From the NCBI GenBank assembly GCA_041497955.1, contig JBGQHO010000007.1:15691-79690 (forward strand): a DNA stretch of 64,000 bases. Reading direction: 5' to 3'. The stretch is from Terriglobia bacterium (GTDB taxonomy: Bacteria > Acidobacteriota > Terriglobia > Acidiferrales > UBA7541). Shown in pieces: positions 46,765 through 61,503 of the stretch; positions within the stretch are counted from its first letter, which is position 1, and each line of letters begins with the position of its first letter. Under the pieces are notes generated by a model. It did no database searches. It saw only the letters and a list, made by a program, of their open reading frames with translations, and was not told the DNA's origin. The position numbers and the translations under genes were made by a program.

Positions 46765-47659
46765 ACGAACACGTCGAGCGCCCCAGGCAGCACTTCGAGC
46801 GTCTGGCAGTCGAGCGTCAGCACCTCGCCATCCACCATGACGTCTACCGGTCCCGCGAGACTGAATTCGATCCGCCGCGCGGCGCGGCGCGAGGCCAGCG
46901 AGTGCCGGATGTGCGAGCCGTCATACAACGTATGCAGGTTTCCGAGCAGGCCGAGGCGCCCGATCGGCCCCCAGCGCACGCACTCCACGAGGCCGTCGCC
47001 CGTATCTGCCAGCGGAGCGATCATCATTGTACCGCCGGTGAATTTGCTGTTGTTGAAGCTGAGAAACAAACAGCGGCGGCAATCGAACTCCGTGTCGCCG
47101 TCTGCGCGCAGCGGGAACGCGCGGCGGTCCAGCCGCACCAGACAGGTAAACACGCCGAAGAGGTAGCCCAGGTGGCCGAGGCGCTTGAAACGGCGGTTGG
47201 TCAGCACCGCCACGTCTGCGGCGAAGCCCATGCTCAGGAGGTTGATGAAGTAGAGCACGCCTTCACGATGCGTAAGCTTCATCACGTCACAAGGCCGCGT
47301 GCGCCGAGCGAGAAGCGCTTCGATGGCATGATCTGCGCCGCGCTCCGTGAAATCGCGCAGAAAGGAGTTGCCGGTGCCGAGCGGAAGGAACCCGAGCCGC
47401 ACGCGCTCGCCGCGCGCAGCTTCGGGGAAGAGGCCGTTCACGATTTCGTAGGATGTTCCGTCGCCGCCGACAGCGAGGAAATCCCGATAGCCCTGCGCGT
47501 AAGCCTCTCGTGTCGCGCGGATGCCGTCGCCCGATGCATGCGTTTCGCGGATTTCGAGCGCCATCCCAGCAGCGCGCAGCTTTTCGAGCGCCGGCCCGGC
47601 CAACCTGCCGCAGCGGCCGTTGCCCGCCGCCGGGTTGACCACGGCGAGGAACCTGTTGT

Positions 47660-47663
<4 letters not shown>
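46761..47663 (-). CDS. Diacylglycerol-kinase catalytic-domain lipid kinase (YegS/LCB5-like)
   Basis: Start at a GTG overlapping the upstream stop (GTGA). [12 protein letters not shown] and [14 protein letters not shown] motifs. Confidence 0.8.
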
Positions 47664-49368
<1,705 letters not shown>

Positions 49369-49372
<4 letters not shown>

Positions 49373-49611
49373 AGGCGCGATTGGATGCGGGAAGCAAGTG
49401 TGCGGAAGTCGGTCACGCCCTGCATTTCGTAATCGGGCAGCTCGATACCAAAATGGCTCTCGAGGCGCGTCAGCATTTCGAGCGCCTGCAGGCTGTCAAT
49501 GCCGAGCTTCTTGAAGAAGTCGTCATCGGCAGAAAGTTTCTCGCGCGGCACCTTGAAGTGCGTAGCCGCCAGGCTCAGGATTTCTTCGGTCGTTTGTTCC
49601 AGCGTTCGCAT
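49369..49611 (-). CDS. Acyl carrier protein (discrete, non-housekeeping context)
   Basis: 80 aa with phosphopantetheine attachment motif [11 protein letters not shown]. Confidence 0.85.
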
Positions 49612-49647
49612 TTGGTTTCTCCGCTTGATGCTACAGCGTCGCCCAGT

Positions 49648-50451
49648 TCACGGCAGATAGGGTAGAGCGGCCGTGCTCTCGATGAACTTGCGCAGGCCCT
49701 CCATCACCGCCGGCCGCGTGAAGAGCTCGCAGAAAATCTCAATCTCCTGCCGCAGCTCCGCATAGGGAATCGGTTTCATAAATCTCTTTGCAGCAATCGT
49801 CGTGGCGCGGTCGAATTTCTTAATCTGGGCGGCGGTCGCGCGCGCAATCCTCAGCGCTTCGCCTTCAGCGGCCAGTTGGCTGACAAGCCCTGCCGCGGAC
49901 GCCTTCGTCGCGTTGATGCTGCGGCCGGTGAGCAGCAGGTCGCGGACCACGCCGTTGCCCAGGTCCCGTTTGAGCCGCGGGATGCCGCCGAAGCCGGGGA
50001 TCAGCCCCAGGCGCAGCTCAGGGAAACAGAAGCGCGCCATCTTGTCAGCGATCACGAGGTCGCAGGCGAGCGCCAATTCCAGGCCGCCGCCGAAGCAGAC
50101 GCCGTGCACGGCCGCGATCGTCACCACGGGCGCTGCGTCAAGCGCATTCAGCACGAGGTGAATCCTCTCGAGGAACTCGCGCACGCCCGCCACCGCGGCT
50201 GCTTTGTCCATTTCTTGTGTGCGTGCGTAGAGTTCGCGCAGGTCAGCGCCCGCGCAGAAACCAGATTTTAGCGAGCTATAAATGATTACCACACGCACGG
50301 CGGCGCCTGCGCCCTCGAGCGCCGAGGCAAAGCTCTCGAACTCCTCGAGCGTGGCCGAGCCGAGCTCGTTGCAGGGCGGCCGGTGCAGCTCCAGCTCCAC
50401 CACGTCATCCGCCAGCGTCCAGGAGAGCGTCTTGCCCTTGAAGTCCTTCAT
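49648..50451 (-). CDS. Enoyl-CoA hydratase/isomerase (crotonase) family protein
   Basis: FCAGADL oxyanion-hole motif and the [14 protein letters not shown] segment. Confidence 0.85.
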   Translation of the reverse strand: MKDFKGKTLSWTLADDVVELELHRPPCNELGSATLEEFESFASALEGAGAAVRVVIIYSSLKSGFCAGADLRELYARTQEMDKAAAVAGVREFLERIHLVLNALDAAPVVTIAAVHGVCFGGGLELALACDLVIADKMARFCFPELRLGLIPGFGGIPRLKRDLGNGVVRDLLLTGRSINATKASAAGLVSQLAAEGEALRIARATAAQIKKFDRATTIAAKRFMKPIPYAELRQEIEIFCELFTRPAVMEGLRKFIESTAALPYLP

Positions 50452-52097
50452 GCCTCTTTCCTGCAGTACATCGCTTCGATCTCTCCCGCAAAGCGCGCGA
50501 GGATGGCGTCGCGCTTCAGCTTGCCGTTTGCCGTGAGCAGGCCATTTTCAATGGTAAAGGCCTCTTTTTCCAAGTGAAACGCGCGGACCTGCTTGTAGTG
50601 GGGAAGGCTGGCATTCAAAAGATCTATCTGCTTCTGCACCCCATCGGGAGCGGCCACTCCGGTCACAATCGCCGTCAGATAGCCGCGCCCATTGCCCACC
50701 AGCACCACCTGCTCCGCGCCTGGAAGCCCTCGCAGCAGTTTTTCCTCAATCGGCTCGGGCGCAACATTGTGGCCCGAGTTCAGAATGATCAGGTTTTTCA
50801 GTCGGCCGATGATGTGCCAGTTGCCGGCTTCGTTCACTTCGCCCTGGTCGCCGGTATGAAACCAGCCATCGTTCAGCACGCGCGCGGTTTCCGCGGTTCG
50901 GTTCCAGTAACCCGGGAAAATATTCGGTCCGCGCACCAGGATTTCGTCGTTTTCGCCGGCGCGCATTTCAATCCCCGGGATCGCCGGGCCCACGCGCCCG
51001 GGCTCGACGTGCCGGGGATCGTCCAGCGTGCAGATCGCCGTAGTCTCCGTCAAGCCATACACCTGGAGCACCCGGATGCCCAGCATATGGAAGAAAAGCT
51101 GGGTCTCTTTGGCCAGCGGCGCCGAGCCGCAAATCAGCGCTCGCAGATTGGGCCCCAACCGCTGCCGGACCGTGGAGAAAATCATCCAATTGGCCAGCGC
51201 CAGCCGCACAGAATCAAGCCACTCAGACTTCCCCGATTGCTTTCGCTCCCATGCCGCCCGGCCGCTGCGGAAGAGTGCGAGTGCCATGCCTCCGCGCTTT
51301 GCCAGATTTTCTTCGACGCCGCTGCGGATGCGCTCGAGCAGGGTGGGCACGTTCAGGAAGTAGTGTGGCTCGGCGAAGCGGAGTTCGTCGGCGAGCTTTG
51401 TGAGGTCGGTCGAAAGCGTCAGCACGCTCGCACGTGAGAGAGCCGTCAGCAGCAGGATCCACGAGCCCGCAAAGCAGAAGGGCAGGTAGTGAAACACGGA
51501 ATCGGGCTTTGCCGGCGAACCCATCAGTTGATCGAGCCGCGCCGTCGTGCAGGGCACCATATGGTTCACGTTGCCGACGGTCAGGATCACGCCCTTGGCT
51601 TCACCCGATGTGCCCGAGGTGTAGATGATCGTCACCGGATCGGTCGCGGAAAGCGTCGCTGGCGCGGCCACGCGATCGGCTGCCGTCGCGCCAGCAAAAA
51701 TGTCGCTGAGCAGGACCCGCGGCGGAGCTTCAGGCCAGACCTTTGTAATGGCTTCGCGGAGCGCTTCGTCGCCGCACAGAATCAGTGACGGCTGGCAGTC
51801 CTGCATGATGGCCACGAGCTCCGCGGGCGCCTGCCGAGCGTAGAGCGGCACGACGATGATGCCCTCGGCCATTAGTGCCAGGTCTGCGGCGGCCCAGCGG
51901 ATGCTGTTGTGCCCCAGCAGCGCGCAGCGATCCCCTTTTTTCAAGCCAGCGCGGGCCAGATGGCCGCGCGCTTCAGCAACGAGACCGAGCAACTCCGCGC
52001 CGCTTGCGTTCACCAGACTGCCATCGCGCGCCTCACACAGCACGGGGCGCTCGAGAGCTTGTCTGATCCGTGCGAAAATGTCTTCGAGGAAATTCAA
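50448..52097 (-). CDS. Long-chain fatty-acid-CoA ligase (AMP-dependent synthetase), second copy
   Basis: [19 protein letters not shown] and TGDQG motifs. 4-nt overlap with the crotonase gene. Confidence 0.9.
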   Translation of the reverse strand: MNFLEDIFARIRQALERPVLCEARDGSLVNASGAELLGLVAEARGHLARAGLKKGDRCALLGHNSIRWAAADLALMAEGIIVVPLYARQAPAELVAIMQDCQPSLILCGDEALREAITKVWPEAPPRVLLSDIFAGATAADRVAAPATLSATDPVTIIYTSGTSGEAKGVILTVGNVNHMVPCTTARLDQLMGSPAKPDSVFHYLPFCFAGSWILLLTALSRASVLTLSTDLTKLADELRFAEPHYFLNVPTLLERIRSGVEENLAKRGGMALALFRSGRAAWERKQSGKSEWLDSVRLALANWMIFSTVRQRLGPNLRALICGSAPLAKETQLFFHMLGIRVLQVYGLTETTAICTLDDPRHVEPGRVGPAIPGIEMRAGENDEILVRGPNIFPGYWNRTAETARVLNDGWFHTGDQGEVNEAGNWHIIGRLKNLIILNSGHNVAPEPIEEKLLRGLPGAEQVVLVGNGRGYLTAIVTGVAAPDGVQKQIDLLNASLPHYKQVRAFHLEKEAFTIENGLLTANGKLKRDAILARFAGEIEAMYCRKEA

Positions 52098-52148
52098 GGA
52101 TTCGTCGTTCTAGCCAGTGCGCCAACTTTTTTCTCTGGGCAGCGTCCC

Positions 52149-53558
52149 TCAGATGTAAGTTTCGGCCAGCTTGCAGAGATTCGGACTGAGCGGCGGCAAG
52201 TACTCCTCCCAGCCGTGGATGCCGCTGCGAATCGGAAACTCTGGGTAGCGCTGCTGGACGTGTTGCTCCAAATAGACGCCCATGCGCGCCATGAGCTTCA
52301 GGTTCTTCGCCACCGTGCGGCCGATGCCCGCGCGCATGCACTCGCGCTCCTGCCACAGCGTCTCCAGCAGGGCCTCGAGCTTCGTGCCCAGCTCAGGATC
52401 GTCGACTTCGAGCAGCAGGTGTGTGTGGCCGCGCTCGCGCATGAGGTTGCGGATGCGTTCATCCATGGTGACGCCCACCGAAGGCAGCAGCGTCGGCATG
52501 CTCGTTACGATGGCGTGGTACCGCGACGACACCATCAAGTGGCACGCGCGCAGGATGCTCACGAGCTGGTACATGTCGTAGTCTTCAGATGTGAAGACCG
52601 GCGCCCCGCCAAGAGGCTCTGCGACCGCGCGGCACGCACGCGCGTCAAGCCGCTCCATGCCGACCAAAATGATGAAGACGCGGTGCCGCTTGCGGAAGGC
52701 GTCTGCGGCATTCGCGAACGCCGTCAGATAGCGGCTGTACGCTTCGGAGACCTTCGGGCCGGACTTATGAAAATAGACAGTGCGGTAATGGCTGTCTCTG
52801 TAGGCGCCGGTTGTGACGTGCGCGAGATACTTCGCAATGGAAGCCTTCACCGGCCACCAGAAGGGATTGATGGGGCAGAGCACGAGAACGGGCGTGGTAC
52901 CGTCCCACCCCGCGCGCGTGAGCTCCTGGCGGCCGTATTCAGGGCCATGCGGCTCGAAAGTCCAAGCTGTGTCGGTGCCGAGCTCGGAAGGTACGCCGAG
53001 CCGGCCGAGGGCAGTCTGCGATTCCTCGCTGCGCGTGATGATGAGCGACTCCCGGCAATACCGCGCGCACATCTTGGCCAGCAGCGGGTCCATGTCGCCC
53101 GCTTCGGCACCGTAGCCCACCGAAAGCTTATTTTCTGCCGCGGCGATGCCCAGCGAGCCGATCATCATCGTGGTGAGCGCGTTGGCGAACTTGCTTTTGA
53201 ACATGGAGCCTTCGCACGCCACCACGCCGTGGTTCCTGCGCACTTCTTGGTAGAGGAACGGTGGGAAAATGTCGGGCAGCTTCACCTGCTGCGCGCCCTG
53301 GAAATAGCCGCGCGTGCGGTCGAAATTCTGCGTCATCACGCTGATCGCGAGGTCGTCGTCGCCCAGCACGCGACGCACCTGCCGGACAATCTCCTCGACG
53401 CGCAGGTCGGAGCCCGTGTTGCGCGTGCCGTTGTAGGTGGCGAAGAGCAACTTGAGTTTCTGCCCGGGCCGCCAGCGCTCGCCCGCGCCCAGCATCCACC
53501 CGAGCTTGGTGCGCTCGATCAGGCTGCTGACCCACGCTTCGAGCAACAGGTCGGTCAT
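52149..53558 (-). CDS. Polysaccharide pyruvyl-transferase-like (CsaB/PS_pyruv_trans fold) protein
   Basis: 469 aa. N-terminal [21 protein letters not shown] resembles [21 protein letters not shown] and SSRYHAIV (cf. R.H..I) segments. Assignment from remembered motif pattern only. Confidence 0.5.
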   Translation of the reverse strand: MTDLLLEAWVSSLIERTKLGWMLGAGERWRPGQKLKLLFATYNGTRNTGSDLRVEEIVRQVRRVLGDDDLAISVMTQNFDRTRGYFQGAQQVKLPDIFPPFLYQEVRRNHGVVACEGSMFKSKFANALTTMMIGSLGIAAAENKLSVGYGAEAGDMDPLLAKMCARYCRESLIITRSEESQTALGRLGVPSELGTDTAWTFEPHGPEYGRQELTRAGWDGTTPVLVLCPINPFWWPVKASIAKYLAHVTTGAYRDSHYRTVYFHKSGPKVSEAYSRYLTAFANAADAFRKRHRVFIILVGMERLDARACRAVAEPLGGAPVFTSEDYDMYQLVSILRACHLMVSSRYHAIVTSMPTLLPSVGVTMDERIRNLMRERGHTHLLLEVDDPELGTKLEALLETLWQERECMRAGIGRTVAKNLKLMARMGVYLEQHVQQRYPEFPIRSGIHGWEEYLPPLSPNLCKLAETYI

Positions 53559-54706
53559 TCGAATGATCCCCCGGCGGCGACGGTGCCCTCAGCCGCCCCG
53601 GGCCACTCCTGGTAGTTATACGTAAAGCGGTTTTCGCGGCTGAACTTCAGCAGCGGATAGCTATACTGCGAAAACGGTGCGGGCGCGCGGCCTAACTCCG
53701 CAACCACGCGCCCGTTGTCGAACACCGTGTTCCACACCAGATACGGCCAGAAAACTCTTAGCAGCGATGCGCCGCCGCCGATGTTGCCGCTGCGGTTCGA
53801 GAGGAAGTTCACCGTGCCTCCGAAGGCGCTTTCGAGGCTCGGCACGAAAACGGGCTTTGTCTTGCCCTGCGCGCAGGCCAGGGCTTCGGTGAGCTCGCGG
53901 AATGTCTGCGAACCCGTGCCTGAAGAGAGGTGGTAGATCTCGTGCGCTGGCTTTTCTTTCTGGTGGAGCGTCACGATGGCGTCGGCAACGTAGTCCACCG
54001 GCACGATATCCAGGCGGTCATCCGGGCAGAACGGAAGCACGGGCAGGCCTGCAAGAAATACGAAGGCGCGCACCATGTCGAACTGCGTGGTCTCGCCGCG
54101 GCGGCTGTCGCCCAGCACGATGCTCGGGCGGAAGATCGTTCGCGGCACGTCGGGCAGCAGCTCGCGGATCATGTGCTCACAGAATTTCTTTGTGCGCGCG
54201 TAGGGATCGTAGTCGGAGCGGTTCCAGTCAATTGAAGCGTCCTCGGTGACGACTTCGTTGCTCCGCATGCCCGCCACGGCCACGGTGCTAACGTGCGAGA
54301 AGCGGCGCAGACCGTGGGCGTCGCGCGCGCGCATGGCCAGCTCGACCACTTCGAGCGTGCCGCGCAGGTTCACGTTCAGGCAGCTCTTCTCGGACTTGCG
54401 GTTCAGCGAAGCGGCGCAGTGGATCACCGAATCCGTTGTGGCCACCAACTCCTTGTACTCCTGCTCGGGCAAACCGAGGAACTTGCCGGTCAGATCGCCG
54501 CGGAAAATGCGGATGCGCGCGCGGAGAAAGCCAAGGAACGTGGGGAAATCCATGTGCAACTGGAGCGCGCGCCAGAGCCGCACTTCGGCTTCGTGAGGGT
54601 CTTTCGCGCGCACGAGCAGGTTGAGCCGCTCGCCGTGCCGTTCGAGCACGCCGGCTACGAGATGCGCGCCGATGTAGCCTGTGGAGCCGGTTACGAGGAT
54701 GGCCAT
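53555..54706 (-). CDS. SDR-type thioester/fatty-acyl reductase (NAD_binding_4 family)
   Basis: [14 protein letters not shown] Rossmann motif, catalytic YARTK, and the LLVRAK......R motif typical of terminal reductase domains. Confidence 0.8.
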   Translation of the reverse strand: MAILVTGSTGYIGAHLVAGVLERHGERLNLLVRAKDPHEAEVRLWRALQLHMDFPTFLGFLRARIRIFRGDLTGKFLGLPEQEYKELVATTDSVIHCAASLNRKSEKSCLNVNLRGTLEVVELAMRARDAHGLRRFSHVSTVAVAGMRSNEVVTEDASIDWNRSDYDPYARTKKFCEHMIRELLPDVPRTIFRPSIVLGDSRRGETTQFDMVRAFVFLAGLPVLPFCPDDRLDIVPVDYVADAIVTLHQKEKPAHEIYHLSSGTGSQTFRELTEALACAQGKTKPVFVPSLESAFGGTVNFLSNRSGNIGGGASLLRVFWPYLVWNTVFDNGRVVAELGRAPAPFSQYSYPLLKFSRENRFTYNYQEWPGAAEGTVAAGGSFE

Positions 54707-57087
54707 GTGGCTTTGACTTGCTCAGGCCGCGTGCCGGAAAAGCCCGATGCGGCTTCGGCGGCGGACTCCGCAGCGGCCAGCGCGCGCCGCGGGCGCGCCT
54801 CCAGCGAACGCCCCTCGATCAGCGGGTAGCACCACCGGCGCAGTGCGGGGACATGGATATTGATCCAGTACTCCCACCAGTCGATCGTGGCGTCGTCGTA
54901 CCCAAATGCCGCGCGCTCCGCTTCCGGCAGCGATTCGGAGAGCAGCCGGACGTTTTCAGCTTCGAACACATGCTCGTTGTGCAGGATGAACGGCTCGTAG
55001 AGCTCGATGAGTTTCTCGACTCGCGCGAGGTCGCGCTCCTGCCGGGCGAGCGGCGCGTGCTTCAAAACCGGCGAGGCAATGCGGTTGATGCGCTGCACCA
55101 CGGCCTTCTGCGCAGGCACAGAGAGTTTCTTGTAGCGGTTCTTGGAAACGGGGATGGATTCGAACTTCACGCGCAACCAGTTCTCGAGCCCCTGCTGCGC
55201 GCGGTAGTGCTTGCGGTGTGCCAGGGCGGTCAGCTCAATGGAGCGGCCCATGTCGCAGGGGTTTGTCGCCGACGTGGCGAGCTGATAGAGGCGCTGGTGG
55301 CGCCGCGTGACCACCGCCGCGGCAATGAGCGTGAGTCCGCGGCTCACCAGATCCACCGGGATGATGTCCAGCAGCTTGCGCTCGTTCGTGGGCAACTGCC
55401 GGAAGTGCGTGCCGAGTAGGTAAGAAAGCGGCGCAGAGGTATTGATGCCCTCGTTCCAGCCGCGAAAGGGCTTCTCCACGGACGTTTCGACAATCGAGGG
55501 CCGCACGACCGCAATTGGGAGATCGGCGCCGCGCGTGGCGATCAGCGATTCGGCCAGGCTCTTGGTGAATGTGTAGGTGTTCGGCCAGCCCAGGTGCTGC
55601 GCGCGGCGCGTGGCGATTTTCGTCAGGCGGTTGCGCAGCCAGCGCGCGCGGTTCTTGCGGATCTGTTCCTCGAGCGCCGCGGGCGAAAGATTTGTTGCCT
55701 TGCCCTTGCGCCCGAGCACCTGTCGGCGCAGCGCAGCGGTCACCTCCGGGCCTGTGGCGCGGTCTTCGACTTTGCGCACCACGTCATCGAGCGATTGCCA
55801 CTCAAGCTCCACATCGAAATCGCCTTCGTGCGCGGGCGTGTAGTTTGCTTGCAGCTCTTCTGCGACACGGCCGTCGCGCCCGCCGACGACGTAGCAGGTG
55901 GAAAGATGGACGAGCCCCGCATGGTCGGAGCTGCGGATGAAATCAATCAGGTGCGCAACCCCGGCGACGTTTGTGGCCAGCGCGTCGCGCAGGTCCGGGT
56001 TAAAGTCCACGAGACCCGAGCTGTTCACCACCAGGTCGAGTGTGCGCGCGAGCCGCGACTTCGTTTCCGGATCGAGCCCCAGGCCGGGCTGGCTGACATC
56101 GCCTTCCACCACCTCGACGCGGCCGGCGAGGAAACTCCGCAGGCCGTCGGCGTAGCGCTCGTGCAGGGCTTCGAATATCGGCGATTCCTCGACGATCTTT
56201 TCGAAACGCTTCTGCGCGGTATGTGATTTCTGCCGGCGAATCAGGAGATAAATCTTGCCGAGTTCCGGCAGGTCTGTGAGCAGGCTCACCAGCCAGACTT
56301 TCCCGATGAAGCCCGTCACGCCGATGAGCAGGACGTACTTGCCGCCGAGCGCTTGGCGCACGGAGAACGGTTCGGCGCGCTTGCGCGAGTCAAACAGCAC
56401 GAGCGGCCGGTGGCTGTTTGGCGCAGGCCGCGCCGCCGGCCGGACCGCCGCCTCGAGCAGGTCCGGGCGCCCGCCGAGGCCCAGGTCGCGCGCCAATTGC
56501 TCGCGGGACAGTCGGCCATCGGGATTGCGTTCGAGCAGAAGCGCCAGCGCGCCGCGAGGCCGGATCACGGGTCCGCGCAGGCGGCCCGTGGCCACGCCGT
56601 CGCGGAACTCAAGCCGGTTGGCGATCAGCCGCTCGACGCCCAGGTGGTTTGCCAGCGGGCGCATCACGTGGTCGAGCCCCTGGCTGACCAACACCACCGG
56701 GCCGTTTTGTTGCACCCAGGCTGCAAGCTTCTCGACGCCTTTGCGCTTGAGCTGGGGCTTCAAGACGTAATTGAAATATTCTTCGCCAAGCAGGTCCAGG
56801 CGGTCGCGGCTGACGCCCCGCAGCAGCGTATGCAGCACGCGCGTGGCAAAGACGCGGTCGGTGAAATAGAGCAGCGGACGCAGCAGGGTCAGCAGGGCAA
56901 AGCCGGCGCGTCGTGCCCAGCGCTCGGCAAAGCTTCGGGCGTGCCATGTGAAGTAGGCCACCGGCCGGCCTGCGCTCAGGTCGAGCAGGCTGCCTTCCAC
57001 GCGCCAGAAGGTCGGCTCGCCCGCCCCGGCCTGCGGGCCGTGCGGCTGGGCTGCCGCTGGTTCGAATTGGACGCTTGGCGTGCTCAA
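54691..57087 (-). CDS. Fusion protein: HAD-IB-like N-terminal domain plus fatty acyl-CoA reductase (FAR) domains
   Basis: 798 aa. Residues ~30-200 resemble HAD-IB hydrolases ([41 protein letters not shown]), but the DxDxT nucleophile motif reads VEGSLLD. Then the FAR core: [27 protein letters not shown], and a C-terminal sterile-like region. Confidence 0.75.
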   Translation of the reverse strand: MSTPSVQFEPAAAQPHGPQAGAGEPTFWRVEGSLLDLSAGRPVAYFTWHARSFAERWARRAGFALLTLLRPLLYFTDRVFATRVLHTLLRGVSRDRLDLLGEEYFNYVLKPQLKRKGVEKLAAWVQQNGPVVLVSQGLDHVMRPLANHLGVERLIANRLEFRDGVATGRLRGPVIRPRGALALLLERNPDGRLSREQLARDLGLGGRPDLLEAAVRPAARPAPNSHRPLVLFDSRKRAEPFSVRQALGGKYVLLIGVTGFIGKVWLVSLLTDLPELGKIYLLIRRQKSHTAQKRFEKIVEESPIFEALHERYADGLRSFLAGRVEVVEGDVSQPGLGLDPETKSRLARTLDLVVNSSGLVDFNPDLRDALATNVAGVAHLIDFIRSSDHAGLVHLSTCYVVGGRDGRVAEELQANYTPAHEGDFDVELEWQSLDDVVRKVEDRATGPEVTAALRRQVLGRKGKATNLSPAALEEQIRKNRARWLRNRLTKIATRRAQHLGWPNTYTFTKSLAESLIATRGADLPIAVVRPSIVETSVEKPFRGWNEGINTSAPLSYLLGTHFRQLPTNERKLLDIIPVDLVSRGLTLIAAAVVTRRHQRLYQLATSATNPCDMGRSIELTALAHRKHYRAQQGLENWLRVKFESIPVSKNRYKKLSVPAQKAVVQRINRIASPVLKHAPLARQERDLARVEKLIELYEPFILHNEHVFEAENVRLLSESLPEAERAAFGYDDATIDWWEYWINIHVPALRRWCYPLIEGRSLEARPRRALAAAESAAEAASGFSGTRPEQVKATWPSS

Positions 57088-57233
57088 CGCTGGCTACCAG
57101 TTCCCAGGAACGCCGGTTAGAAAGTCGTGCGGCTGCACGGGCTTCGGGCGAGGAATGAAATTAGCACTCCGGGGGGCGGCGGGCAAGGGTGGCCCTATCC
57201 GGAGCCCCGGAGAAGCGGGGTACCTGCCGGAGC

Positions 57234-58349
57234 CTAGACGCCCCAGCCGTAGCGCTCCAGGTGTTCGAGCGAGGCGCGCATTTCCGAGCGAATCTGCGTA
57301 ATGAGGCCGCTGCAACCCACGATCGAGCTGTCCGGCTCGGCAATATCTGGGGTGCGATAACCCGCGGCCAGGACGCGGTCCACGGCCGCCTCCACCCAGT
57401 CGGCTTCGACGTCGAGTTGGAAGGCTTCGCGGAGCATCAGGCTGGTACACAGGATGGCGCCGATGGGGCAGGCAACGTCTTTCCCGGCAAGTTGCGGCGC
57501 CGAGCCGTGGATGGGCTCGAAAAGCGGCGGGCCAAGGCCGGAGCTCATCGAAGGCACCAGCCCGATCGAGCCCACCAGCGCCGCGGCGGCATCGCTCAGG
57601 ATGTCGCCGAACATGTTCGAGGTCAGCATGACGTCGAACTGTCCGGGCGCCAGGATGAGCTGCATGGCTGCGTTGTCCACGTAGAGGTGCTCGAGGCGCA
57701 CGGCAGGGTAGCTGGCGCCGAGGCGCGTCACGGTGCGCCGCCAGAGGGAAGAGCTCACCAGCACGTTGGCCTTGTCTACCGACGACAGCCGCCCTGCGCG
57801 GCCCTCTGCGCGCGCGAACGCGAAGCGCGCGACGCGCTCGATCTCGTCGGTCGAGTACGTCTCCGTGTCGGAGGCGCGCTCGGTGCCGTTTTTTTTCTCC
57901 GTGTGTCGGTGGCCGAAGTAAATCCCGCCGGCCAGCTCGCGCACAATCTCGAAATCAATCGAGCGGGTTCGCGCAGGCTTCAGCGGCGAAATCCCACGCA
58001 GCGGCTCTCGCAGGCGAATCGGGCGCAGGTTGACGTACAGCCCCAGCTCCTGGCGCAATGCGAGCAGCCCGCTTTCGGGGCGCTTCCCGATCGGCAACTC
58101 GTCCCAGCGGGGCCCCCCGACCGCGCCGAGCAATACGGCGTCCGCTGAGCGGCAGGCATGCAGCGTTTCCGCCGGAAGCGGGTTTCTGGTGGCGTCAATG
58201 GCCGCGCCGCCGATGGGGAACTCAACGATCTCGAAGCGGTGGCCGAATTCTGCCGCGCAGTCCTCGAGTACGCGCGCAGCGGCGCCAATCACTTCCGGGC
58301 CGATGCCGTCGCCCGGCAAGAGAACGATCATTTTTGAGACAGTGCTCAT
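57234..58349 (-). CDS. leuB: 3-isopropylmalate dehydrogenase (isocitrate/isopropylmalate dehydrogenase family)
   Basis: LLPGDGIGPEV, NLRP and NMFGDILSD motifs. Confidence 0.88.
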   Translation of the reverse strand: MSTVSKMIVLLPGDGIGPEVIGAAARVLEDCAAEFGHRFEIVEFPIGGAAIDATRNPLPAETLHACRSADAVLLGAVGGPRWDELPIGKRPESGLLALRQELGLYVNLRPIRLREPLRGISPLKPARTRSIDFEIVRELAGGIYFGHRHTEKKNGTERASDTETYSTDEIERVARFAFARAEGRAGRLSSVDKANVLVSSSLWRRTVTRLGASYPAVRLEHLYVDNAAMQLILAPGQFDVMLTSNMFGDILSDAAAALVGSIGLVPSMSSGLGPPLFEPIHGSAPQLAGKDVACPIGAILCTSLMLREAFQLDVEADWVEAAVDRVLAAGYRTPDIAEPDSSIVGCSGLITQIRSEMRASLEHLERYGWGV

Positions 58350-58370
58350 GGCGATTCACCGAAAGAAGAG

Positions 58371-59573
<1,203 letters not shown>

Positions 59574-59650
59574 GGCTCGGCTCCTTGTCTGGATACCATC
59601 CAGCTAAGCGCCTCGGGCGAACGCAGTCAAATTTATATTTCTTGTGTATA

Positions 59651-59669
59651 CCATAAATATTTGTTATGG
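59651..59669. promoter_or_regulatory. Candidate LysR-type regulator box (T-N11-A) in the divergent leuA-like/lysR spacer
   Basis: CCATAA-N7-TTATGG inverted repeat within an AT-rich stretch, 19 nt upstream of the LysR start. Confidence 0.35.
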
Positions 59670-59687
59670 ATGAAACGGATCGAGACC

Positions 59688-60587
59688 ATGGAACTCGCGC
59701 AACTGGAAGTCTTTCTGGCGGTGGCCCGTGAGCGCAGCTTTTCGCGCGCTGCGGAAAAGCTTTATCGCACGCAGCCCGGGGTCAGCATCGTCATCCGCAA
59801 GCTCGAAGAAGCCGTGGGCCAGCCGTTATTTATCCGCGGGGCGCGCGACGTCAAGCTGACGGACGCTGGCGCGCTGCTGTGCGACTACGCCGAGCGCCTG
59901 CTGAACCTGCGCGAAGAAATCGGGCGCGGCATGCGCGATCTGGGCGGCTTGCGCCGCGGGCATCTCTCGCTGGGCGTCAACGAAAGCTCGATCCACGCGC
60001 TGCTGCCCGCGCTGGCGCGTTTCCGGCGGCTGCATCCGCAGGTGCACATCGCCGTGCACCGCACGTTTTCGCGCGACATCCCGCGCGAGGTGGTGAACTA
60101 CCGGCTGGACCTGGGCGTGGTCTCTTTCGCGCCGCAGGACGCGAACCTGGCGGCGGCGGAGATCTTCCGCGATGAGCTGACGTTCGTGGTGCCGCCACGG
60201 CACCGGCTGGCGCGGCGCCGCGTGGTAGATATCGCCGAGGTGGGAGCGGAGACGTTCGTCGCGCACATCGTAGATTCGCCCTACCGCCGGCGCGTGATTC
60301 AGCTCTTCGAGAAGCACCGCGTGCCGCTGGATATGAGCGTCGAACTGCCCACGATCGAGAGCATCAAACGGTTCGTGCTGATGGGGATGGGCGTGGCCAT
60401 CGTGCCGCGGATGTGCGTGCGTTGGGAAGTGGAGCGGCGTGCGCTGGTCGAAGTGAAAATCCGGCAGTTAAAGCTGCCGCGGCACCTCTACCTGATTTCG
60501 CGCCGGGGTGTGCGGCTCTCGCACGCGGCGCTCGCGTTCGTGCGCCTCGTGCGCGGCGGCGCGGCGCTTGCGGACGCGGGCAGCTAA
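59688..60587 (+). CDS. LysR family transcriptional regulator
   Basis: MELAQLEVFLAVARERSFSRAAEKLYRTQPGVSIVIRKLEE wHTH plus a substrate-binding domain. The first 432 codons of the 731-aa ORF are antisense shadow of the leuA-like gene. Confidence 0.9.
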   Translation: MELAQLEVFLAVARERSFSRAAEKLYRTQPGVSIVIRKLEEAVGQPLFIRGARDVKLTDAGALLCDYAERLLNLREEIGRGMRDLGGLRRGHLSLGVNESSIHALLPALARFRRLHPQVHIAVHRTFSRDIPREVVNYRLDLGVVSFAPQDANLAAAEIFRDELTFVVPPRHRLARRRVVDIAEVGAETFVAHIVDSPYRRRVIQLFEKHRVPLDMSVELPTIESIKRFVLMGMGVAIVPRMCVRWEVERRALVEVKIRQLKLPRHLYLISRRGVRLSHAALAFVRLVRGGAALADAGS

Positions 60588-60601
60588 ACCGCGCGCGACG
60601 G

Positions 60602-61327
60602 CTAGGACGTCACTTCGATGCCGCCCATCATGGCGAAGCCGCGGATCACGAGCCGCCCTTCCGACGCCGACACCGGCGGAGCAGAGCCGCCGGGCGCGGC
60701 TGGGCGCCGGCGGTCTTCAATGGCGCCCATCAAAGGCGTGCCTTCGATTGAAACCTGCCAGCCCTCCGGCACGCGCACTTTGATCCCGCCCATGATGGCG
60801 CTCAGATGCAGCCAGTGCTGGCCCGAAGCCAACCCTGCGCGCCGCAGGTCCAAGTCGATCCCGCCCAGTAGCGCCGTGGCGTCGCCGCCGCGGAACCCTG
60901 GCGAGGTCACGGCGCGCTGGATTCCCCCGAAGATCACGAACGCATCCACGAGCTCCGTGGCTTCTTCCGTGGCCGCGGATGATGCCGCCGGCCGCGAACG
61001 CAGCCGGCTGAACAGCAAGCGCAGGCCGACCGCGACCAGCAGAATTGGCCAGAGATCCTGAAAGCGCCACCACACGAACACGTGCAGGCGCTCGCCCTGG
61101 AAGAGCAGCCCGAGACAAATCAGCAGCAGCGGACCGCCCCAGCCGCGTCCTCGTGCGCCGATGAGCTGGATCACGCCGATGAGGATGAGCACCGTCGGCC
61201 ACCACGTTCCCAGGAAGTCCCAGAAGCGCAGGTGGCCGAAGTGGTCGAGCAGAAACAGCACACCCAGGGCAATCAAGACCAGGCCAGACCAGATCCGGCT
61301 GCGCGAACCAACTGCTTGTCCCATCAT
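60602..61327 (-). CDS. LiaF/DUF2154-like membrane protein (cell-envelope stress family)
   Basis: Start at the MMGQ pair preceded by GGAGG. Four TM helices of LiaI/LiaF type (GLVLIALGVLFLLD...). C-terminal beta-rich domain: GGIDLDLR....G...L.LSAIMGGIKVRVPEGW.V...G...MG. Confidence 0.6.
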   Translation of the reverse strand: MMGQAVGSRSRIWSGLVLIALGVLFLLDHFGHLRFWDFLGTWWPTVLILIGVIQLIGARGRGWGGPLLLICLGLLFQGERLHVFVWWRFQDLWPILLVAVGLRLLFSRLRSRPAASSAATEEATELVDAFVIFGGIQRAVTSPGFRGGDATALLGGIDLDLRRAGLASGQHWLHLSAIMGGIKVRVPEGWQVSIEGTPLMGAIEDRRRPAAPGGSAPPVSASEGRLVIRGFAMMGGIEVTS

Positions 61328-61503
61328 TGCCTCCGTGCGGGGCTCGAGGTTTCGATGGAAGCATCCTCGGCGGGGACGCAACCCGCATGTGCGGCTCATT
61401 CTAAGCGCATTCCGCGGCAAAAGAGAAGAACGTGAGCCGCGATGTACACGCTCTGGCTGCCGGAGCAGTACCGCACCGAATGCCACTGCCCGTTTAGGGC
61501 TGC

